Shown: piece by piece, positions 57,640-64,000 of the stretch
How the letters are laid out: each line of letters starts with the position of its first letter
How positions within the stretch are numbered: position 1 is the first letter of the stretch
From: Gammaproteobacteria bacterium
Lineage (GTDB): Bacteria > Pseudomonadota > Gammaproteobacteria > Eutrophobiales > Eutrophobiaceae
Assembly (NCBI GenBank): GCA_965221695.1
Contig: OZ244905.1
Location: forward strand, 2,016,001 to 2,080,000
Direction of reading: 5' to 3'
DNA: 64,000 nt
The notes under the pieces: generated by a model
What the model was told of the DNA's origin: nothing
Databases searched by the model: none
The model's input: the letters and a program-made list of their open reading frames with translations, nothing else
Position numbers and translations under genes: made by a program

Positions 57640-59793
57640 TCAGGCAGGTTGCAGGTTCGCGTAGGCCAGCACCAGCCATTTTGCGCCGGCATCTTCGAAA
57701 TTGACCTGTATCCGCGCGTGGCTGCCTCTGCCTTCCAGGTTCATGACAGTGCCTTCGCCAAAGCGGGCATGCAACACCCGCTGGCCCGGCCCGAATGGCG
57801 CATCTGCATCCACCGCCGACTTGTCAAAAAAATCGCGGGTTACCGTCCCACCAAGACGTATCTCGTCGATGAGTTTTTCCGGGATTTCGCCGAGGAAGCG
57901 CGACGGTTGCGGATAATACTCCGAACCGTGCATGCGCCGGTGACGGGCGTGGCTCAGGGTCAGCTTCTTACGCGCCCGGGTAATGCCCACGTAGCACAGG
58001 CGCCGTTCTTCTTCCAGTTGTGCCGGATCGTCGGAGCTTCTCTGGTGGGGGAACAGGCCTTCCTCCATGCCGACCAGGTAAACCCGGTCGAACTCCAGCC
58101 CCTTGGCAGTGTGCAGGGTCATCAGGTTGACCGCGTCGGCATTGGCATCGGCTTGTGTGTCGCCTGCTTCCAGCGCGGCCTGGGATAGGAACGCAGCCAG
58201 CGGTTCCAAATCGCCATGCACCTCCTTGTCTACCTGAAATTGTCCGGCAGCGTTGACCAGTTCCTCGAGATTCTCCACCCGCGTCTCCCCGCGCTCACCT
58301 TTTTCTTTCCGGTAATGCTCAACCAGCCCGCTTGCCTTGATCACCTCGTCCATCGTCTGATCCAGGTCATTGCCGGAGATAAGCTGCGTCATCTGTTCAA
58401 TAAGGCCAACGAATCGTTCCAGCGCCGCCAGGGAACGGGAAGGCAACTGCCGCGCCGCAATCAGCGCGCGGGTGGCGCGCCATAATGGCATATTTTCTAC
58501 TCTTGCGTGGCTGCGGACTTCTTCCAGGCTGCGCTGCCCAATGCCCCTTGGTGGTGTATTGACGATACGTTCAAACGAAGCGTCGTCATCCCGATTGGCG
58601 GCAAGACGCAGGTAAGCCAGCGCATCCTTGATCTCCATGCGCTCATAAAACCGCATGCCGCCGAAAACGCGATACGGTGTTCCCGCCTGCATCAGCGCGT
58701 CCTCAAACACCCGCGACGTGGCGCTGACGCGATAGAGGATGGCATTGTCCTGATACGCGACATTTTCCAGGCGGGATGCGTTGATGCGCTCCACCACGTA
58801 GCGGGCCTCGTCGTGCTCACTGTAAGCCGAGTACAGTTCCAGTTTGTCGCCCGCGGCGCCCTCAGCCCACAGGTTTTTGCCCAAGCGGGCGCTGTTGTTG
58901 GCGATCAAGGCATTGGCGGCATTCAATATGTTCGTGGTCGAGCGGTAGTTCTGTTCCAGCCGGAACAGGGTCGGCGCGGGAAAATCCTGTTCGAAACGCT
59001 GCATGTTTTCCATGCGTGCGCCGCGGAAGCTGTAAATGGACTGGTCGTCGTCGCCCACTGCGAACAAGTGGTTGTCGTTGCCCGCGAGCAAGCGCAACCA
59101 GGCGTACTGCAACGCGTTGGTATCCTGGAACTCGTCCACCAGGATATAGCGAAAACGCTGCCGATAATGGGCCAGCAGGTCGTTCTGATCGCGCAGCAGT
59201 TCATGGTTTCTGAGCAGGAGCTCAGCAAAATCAACCAGACCGGCGCGATCACAGGTCTGCTGGTAGTTGCGGTAAATGGCTACCATCTGCTCCAGCACAG
59301 GGTCGCCGTGCAGGTTAATGTGTTGCGGCCGTAATCCTTCGTCCTTCTGCCCGTTGATGAACCATTGCGCCTCCCTGGGAGAATATCGGTTTTCATCCAG
59401 GTTCATGCCGCGTATCACCCGCCGCAGGGTGCGCAACTGGTCTTCGCTGTCGAGTATCTGAAAACTGTCGGGCAAACCCGCTTCCTGCCAATGCAAGCGC
59501 AGCGCCCGGTGGGCCAGCCCGTGGAAAGTGCCCACCCACATACCGCCAATCGGCCGCTTGAGCAAAGCCCCGATGCGGGAGCGCATCTCCGCGGCGGCCT
59601 TGTTGGTGAATGTAACGGCCAGGATGCCATAAGGCGCAGCCTGCTCCGTTTGCAGATACCAGGCAATGCGATGTGCGAGGACCCGGGTTTTTCCGCTGCC
59701 GGCGCCGGCAAGCACGAGTATGTTCCCCGGCGGCGCGGCAACCGCCTCGCGTTGCGCGTCATTCAGTCCGTCTAAAACAATGGATACATCCAT
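57640..59793 (-). CDS. uvrD: DNA helicase II
   Basis: AGAGSGKT, VDEFQDTN, VGDDDQSIY, EQNYRS, HTAKGLEF, EERRLCYVGITRA. Confidence 0.97.
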   Translation of the reverse strand: MDVSIVLDGLNDAQREAVAAPPGNILVLAGAGSGKTRVLAHRIAWYLQTEQAAPYGILAVTFTNKAAAEMRSRIGALLKRPIGGMWVGTFHGLAHRALRLHWQEAGLPDSFQILDSEDQLRTLRRVIRGMNLDENRYSPREAQWFINGQKDEGLRPQHINLHGDPVLEQMVAIYRNYQQTCDRAGLVDFAELLLRNHELLRDQNDLLAHYRQRFRYILVDEFQDTNALQYAWLRLLAGNDNHLFAVGDDDQSIYSFRGARMENMQRFEQDFPAPTLFRLEQNYRSTTNILNAANALIANNSARLGKNLWAEGAAGDKLELYSAYSEHDEARYVVERINASRLENVAYQDNAILYRVSATSRVFEDALMQAGTPYRVFGGMRFYERMEIKDALAYLRLAANRDDDASFERIVNTPPRGIGQRSLEEVRSHARVENMPLWRATRALIAARQLPSRSLAALERFVGLIEQMTQLISGNDLDQTMDEVIKASGLVEHYRKEKGERGETRVENLEELVNAAGQFQVDKEVHGDLEPLAAFLSQAALEAGDTQADANADAVNLMTLHTAKGLEFDRVYLVGMEEGLFPHQRSSDDPAQLEEERRLCYVGITRARKKLTLSHARHRRMHGSEYYPQPSRFLGEIPEKLIDEIRLGGTVTRDFFDKSAVDADAPFGPGQRVLHARFGEGTVMNLEGRGSHARIQVNFEDAGAKWLVLAYANLQPA

Positions 59794-59942
59794 TAGTGAA
59801 TTGTAACCCGCGCGGCGAAGTTAGAAAATGACCTCAGGCCAGTATTTTACTGGACACCCCATGAATTTATTTTGCTGTCCCGAAATAACCGAGTAACAGT
59901 GTTAGAATGACCGGCTGCCAATTTTTGAAATCAGGAACACCT

Positions 59943-61268
59943 ATGCATTCTCATAAGCAGGATACCCGCGTATTAATAGACCGGGTCCTGAGCAGCTCTC
60001 GCAAGCTGGGCGCCGACGCTGCGGAAGCGGATATCAACACCGGCCGTGGCCTTTCGATCAACGTGCGCATGGGTCAGGTCGAGACCATTGAACACCAGCG
60101 TGACAAGGGCCTGGGATTAACGGTTTATATGGGCGGGCGCAAAGGCTCTGCCTCCACATCCGATTTCTCCGGCGAGGCGCTGGAGGCTACCGTCGATGCT
60201 GCCTGTACTATTGCCAGGCACGCCAGCCACGATGATTGCGCAGGTCTGATCGACCCCGAATACCTGGCAACGAACGTCCCGAATCTCGACTTGTACCACA
60301 ACTGGGAAATTACCCCCCAGGAGGCAATCGAACTTGCCACGGAATGCGAGACCACGGCGCGCCAGGTGGATAGGCGGCTGACCAACTCCGACGGCGCGGC
60401 GGTGGGAACTTACAGCGGTTCATACCTCTACGGCAATACGCACGGATTCATCAACGGTTGGGACTGGTCCTCCCACAATATCGACTGCACCGTAATTGCC
60501 GAAGAAAACGGCAGAATGCAACGCGACGGCTGGCATACCAAGGCCCGCGACCCGCACTCGCTGGAAAGTGTTGAACACGTAGGCCAGGAAGCCGCCCGCC
60601 GCACGTTGTCCCGATTAAACGCAAAGAAACTGACCACCCGCAGCGCGCCCGTAATCTTCGAGGCGCCGGTCGCCCGCGGGCTGTTCTCCGCGTTCATCGG
60701 CGCGATCTCCGGCGGCGCCCTGTATCGGCGCGCCTCATTCCTGCTGGATAAGCTGGGTGAACAGGTATTCGCCCCGCAGATACAGCTCGAGGAACAACCG
60801 CATCTGCCCAAGCAGTTGGGCAGCGCGCCGTTCGATGATGACGGCATGGCCACCCGGCGCAAACATCTGGTCAGGGATGGCGTCCTGGAGAGCTATGTAC
60901 TGGGCGCGTATTCCGCACGCAAACTGGGCATGACACCCACCGGCAACGGCGGCGGCGTGCATAATCTCGTAGCGCAAACCGGCGAACAGGACTTAGATGC
61001 GCTGATCAGGCAAATGGACACCGGCCTGCTGATCACCGACATGATCGGCTTCGGCGTAAACCAGGTCACCGGCGATTATTCCCGCGGCGCATCAGGCTTC
61101 TGGGTAGAGCAAGGCGAAATCCAGTACCCGGTAGAGGAAATAACCGTAGCCGCCAATTTAAAGGACATGTTTCAGCACATCGTCAACATCGCCAACGATG
61201 TCGATACCCGCGGCAACATCAAAACCGGCTCTGTGCTCATCGAGAACATGACTATTGCGGGGGAGTAG
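59943..61268 (+). CDS. pmbA: Metalloprotease PmbA (TldE)
   Basis: VRMGQVETIE, RKGSASTSD, PFDDDG, TGDYSRGASG, EITVAANL. Confidence 0.94.
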   Translation: MHSHKQDTRVLIDRVLSSSRKLGADAAEADINTGRGLSINVRMGQVETIEHQRDKGLGLTVYMGGRKGSASTSDFSGEALEATVDAACTIARHASHDDCAGLIDPEYLATNVPNLDLYHNWEITPQEAIELATECETTARQVDRRLTNSDGAAVGTYSGSYLYGNTHGFINGWDWSSHNIDCTVIAEENGRMQRDGWHTKARDPHSLESVEHVGQEAARRTLSRLNAKKLTTRSAPVIFEAPVARGLFSAFIGAISGGALYRRASFLLDKLGEQVFAPQIQLEEQPHLPKQLGSAPFDDDGMATRRKHLVRDGVLESYVLGAYSARKLGMTPTGNGGGVHNLVAQTGEQDLDALIRQMDTGLLITDMIGFGVNQVTGDYSRGASGFWVEQGEIQYPVEEITVAANLKDMFQHIVNIANDVDTRGNIKTGSVLIENMTIAGE

Positions 61269-61556
61269 TACGATCGTTACGCTAGCCGGCTGAGTGTAGA
61301 ACCAGTATTGGCTAGACTATGTCGGTGAAATCTCCTTTCACCATCAAGTCTTGAACACCCCGGTCCCAGAACAGCATTTCAGCAACAGATCAGTTTATCC
61401 ATAATAGACTTATAGAAAAAAGTGCTCATAAAGACGTGCGATTTCGTTTATAAAAGTCATGATACTTATCTTTCAGTGGGATAGCAGGCATTTCATCTAC
61501 CTGTGGGCGAGACGCCAACGCTACTAAAGGCAGGCTTGGCGCCAAACCTTTGCTGC

Positions 61557-61979
61557 TCAGTAGTCACTGTTGCCAAAATGCTTGGCTAAAAATTGTTTAA
61601 ATTTCTTCTTGGTATGCTGAGAAGAAAACAGTCCGGTGACAATTTTTTGAAATTGATTATTATCAATCGGGTTTTTTTGAATAAACATGCCTTGTGAAAC
61701 ACCGTCCAAGAGTGTTTGGACAGTCTCGATACGCGCTTTTCCATAATCAATAAAGCTATCCTTTTTGATGAACTCATGTGTACCGGCTTTCAATATACAG
61801 GTTCGGTCAAAATGAGATTGCGATTTTACTGTACTGGTAGATACCAACAACACCTCGCCTTCTCCGGTATGCGGATCAGGATCGTTAAGAACGATAAACA
61901 GGTGGAAACGCCCAGGCTCGGAAGCAGGGCCGGAGGGTATAAGAAGAGTGGCCCGATGTCTGGGAATAAATAAAGTCAC
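61557..61979 (-). CDS. Putative toxin partner of Panacea antitoxin (PemK/MazF-like fold suspected)
   Basis: GTGA overlap with the upstream gene; HLFIVL, LLVS.ST, H.FIKKDSFIDY..A; AT-rich. Confidence 0.6.
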   Translation of the reverse strand: MTLFIPRHRATLLIPSGPASEPGRFHLFIVLNDPDPHTGEGEVLLVSTSTVKSQSHFDRTCILKAGTHEFIKKDSFIDYGKARIETVQTLLDGVSQGMFIQKNPIDNNQFQKIVTGLFSSQHTKKKFKQFLAKHFGNSDY

Positions 61980-62530
61980 AAACGATTGAAGACCGCATCT
62001 ATATGCCGATGGTCATCAAAGTCCGCTTGTAATTCGGTTATGGCCTCTGTTGAGTAACCTAATGCTTTGTATAAGTCTTCTTTTGTTATCGGGTTTGCCG
62101 AACCTTCGGGGTCTTGCCATTCCGGGCAGTTGGAATGCGTCCAATCTCGAATTTGCCAACGAGTCATACAGCCGAATTGTTGCCAGACTGCGTCGAGAAT
62201 CTCCAGGTCAGCGCTGCTCAGTTCATCCAGGTCGTCAATTTCCGGATTGCCGCGCAGAGAAACCTCGTGATCAGCTTTGGCAGATATCCAATGTTCCCAT
62301 CCTCCGGTGATTGAATGACAGTTACCATCAATATGATCCAATGTTCTGGACAAAACGGGACCATGGGGCATCGCTACAATGTTATCTTCCGAAATAGATC
62401 GGCCATAACGTTTGACCGCCTCACGGTCAGCCAGATACAGCAACTTCATGAGTTTTAAATGGGACATCTGACCGCCACGCCGCATCAACATAAAGGCAGC
62501 CATTTGTGCGACTCTACGTTCGCTGTACAC
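61976..62530 (-). CDS. Panacea (SocA/DUF4065) domain antitoxin
   Basis: LKLMKLLYLADR, AMPHGPV, IRDWTH..PEW motifs. Confidence 0.88.
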   Translation of the reverse strand: MYSERRVAQMAAFMLMRRGGQMSHLKLMKLLYLADREAVKRYGRSISEDNIVAMPHGPVLSRTLDHIDGNCHSITGGWEHWISAKADHEVSLRGNPEIDDLDELSSADLEILDAVWQQFGCMTRWQIRDWTHSNCPEWQDPEGSANPITKEDLYKALGYSTEAITELQADFDDHRHIDAVFNRL

Positions 62531-62930
62531 TGATATCCTCCTAATTGATTGTGTTGGTTACTTCAAGTACACAGTTGCTAAACCAATGTATCGAAGAATA
62601 TAAGGAACGATTGAGTTATGCAATGTATTTGCATACATCAATGCGCCGAGAGGTTGGCAGCTTTGTCTTGAAATATGAAATTTGAGTTTCCCAAATCATG
62701 CAACCAGCCAAAGAGATTGAGATACCTGCTTAAGCAATTTTTTTGTTTGAACTCCGACATGGGAATTCAATCTGGCAGAGTCACCGAGGAAGAAGTCGCT
62801 TTTGAGGTTTTACAAATTACAGTATCGGCTCCGGATAGCATTGCCACATTTGAATTGTGTCGTCCAGAAACCGAAAGCCGCGTTCAGCGACATCGCGTCA
62901 CTATCAGATATCCGAACCAACGCCACCAGG

Positions 62931-64000
62931 TTAATCTGTCGCCCACAAAGTAGAGATTGGCGCGGCAATAATTTGCTCTCCCAGTGGGTAAACGGCAGGG
63001 CCTGAATGCAATATGACCCCGGCAGTGAAGCGTTCTCCCAGGTTATCCCGTAGCCACTCCAGATGACGCGCATCACCGGCGGACGGCGCGCTGTCAGCCT
63101 TGATTTCAATCCCGACAACTTGCCGACCGCGTAGTTCAGCCACGATGTCAATTTCATTTCGGCCCTGTTCTGTGCGCAAATGGTAAAGTCTGGGTCGGGT
63201 GGTCGCCACCGTGGCTTCGGCCCGGAGTTGGGCTGTGACAAATGTGTCCAGGAGACGTCCCATCAAATCGCCGTCTCGCAATACAGCCTGCGTATCAACA
63301 GCTAAAATCCCGCCCAACAATGCCGGGTCAATCAAGTGCCGCTTTGGTGACAGTACAAGTCGCTTCAGACGGTTTGATGTCCATGCAGGCAGTTCATCAA
63401 TCACCATCAGGTTGGCCAACAGTCTTTTATATTCCAACGCGGTTTTGCGGTTGATCCCGGCCGCGTCATAAATGGTTTTATGTTCGGCGAGGCCGGCGGA
63501 ATTCAACGCATACGCTTCAAAGTATCGCCGCAGTCGTACCGGGTCGCGACCTTCGCTATCGGCTTGTGCATCGCGGGTTAATAATTGTTCAACATAACTT
63601 TCCAACCAGCGTTCCCTGGCAAAATCGGACAACGCAAGAGACGCTTCGGGAAATCCGCCTCGCAATGCCAGATCAATATAACCGGGTAGGTCAGGCGTAT
63701 CAGGAGCGGCCATCAGTTCTTCGCCCATAGCCAAACGGTCGAGTATCGGGCGCGCAAGCTGGCCCGTTTGCTCGGCAACAGTCAACGGATACAACGGCAT
63801 TCGCACTACCCGGCCGGTGCCCGGCCAGGTTTCTGCCTCAAGATCAGCACGCACGGACCCGGTCAACAGGAACCGGCCAGGATGGCTGTCGGCATCTATC
63901 GCTCGTTTTACCGCGCCCAGTACCTCCGGCGCCGCCTGCCATTCGTCCAACAGAACCGGCTCCCGCAAGTCGCGCAACGCCGCATCAGGATCAGCATGAA
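62931..64000 (-). CDS. AAA-family ATPase with DUF4143 C-terminal domain, 5'-truncated by window edge
   Basis: Walker B LLDEWQ, FLLTGS, RGGFPE, PKRHLIDP, EID...IEIK nuclease-like tail. Confidence 0.88.
   Translation of the reverse strand, partial: HADPDAALRDLREPVLLDEWQAAPEVLGAVKRAIDADSHPGRFLLTGSVRADLEAETWPGTGRVVRMPLYPLTVAEQTGQLARPILDRLAMGEELMAAPDTPDLPGYIDLALRGGFPEASLALSDFARERWLESYVEQLLTRDAQADSEGRDPVRLRRYFEAYALNSAGLAEHKTIYDAAGINRKTALEYKRLLANLMVIDELPAWTSNRLKRLVLSPKRHLIDPALLGGILAVDTQAVLRDGDLMGRLLDTFVTAQLRAEATVATTRPRLYHLRTEQGRNEIDIVAELRGRQVVGIEIKADSAPSAGDARHLEWLRDNLGERFTAGVILHSGPAVYPLGEQIIAAPISTLWATD

Noticed and set aside
62675-62953. 92-aa ORF between the Panacea gene and the AAA ATPase
   Set aside because: No recognisable motif and overlaps the ATPase end; may be a gene fragment but cannot be supported

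Overview
64 kb of a Gammaproteobacterial chromosome. The RTX repeat style, TPR-TonB fusion, nitrile hydratase and dense small repeats are compatible with a marine host-associated or sponge symbiont, but that is inference only. The backbone is ordinary housekeeping: der, bamC-dapA, gcvR-bcp, queG, rpe-trpGDC, ychF-pth-rplY-prs-tRNA-Gln-ispE-lolB-TPR, hemA-prfA-prmC-moeB, dgkA, prlC-xthA-rpmE, yihA, cyt c4-ResB-CcsB-dsbA, uvrD and pmbA. The best candidate for an undescribed system is at 37.4-41.5 kb, attached to an iron locus (fbpABC, TonB-dependent receptor, bfd, bfr). It comprises an RTX-type protein carrying a pure (Gly-Asp)67 tract behind a Fur-box-like site, a co-oriented Asp/Asn beta-hydroxylase, and a convergent alpha/alpha-toroid-like protein. 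My hypothesis is a ribosomally made poly-beta-hydroxyaspartate metal-chelating protein. A second Asp beta-hydroxylase with a beta-propeller-like partner is inserted between ispE and tRNA-Gln. Three families of small non-autonomous repeats pervade the window: a 245-bp TA-flanked MITE (one copy demonstrably interrupts a Phd antitoxin), a GGAACCTCTGA palindrome/MITE family, and dRS3/REP-like clusters. Other features are a DARS-like DnaA-box cluster, a candidate sRNA with an anti-SD loop, a Co-type nitrile hydratase operon, an orphan m4C-type methyltransferase and a Panacea toxin-antitoxin pair. All calls come from reading motifs by eye; no database search was run.
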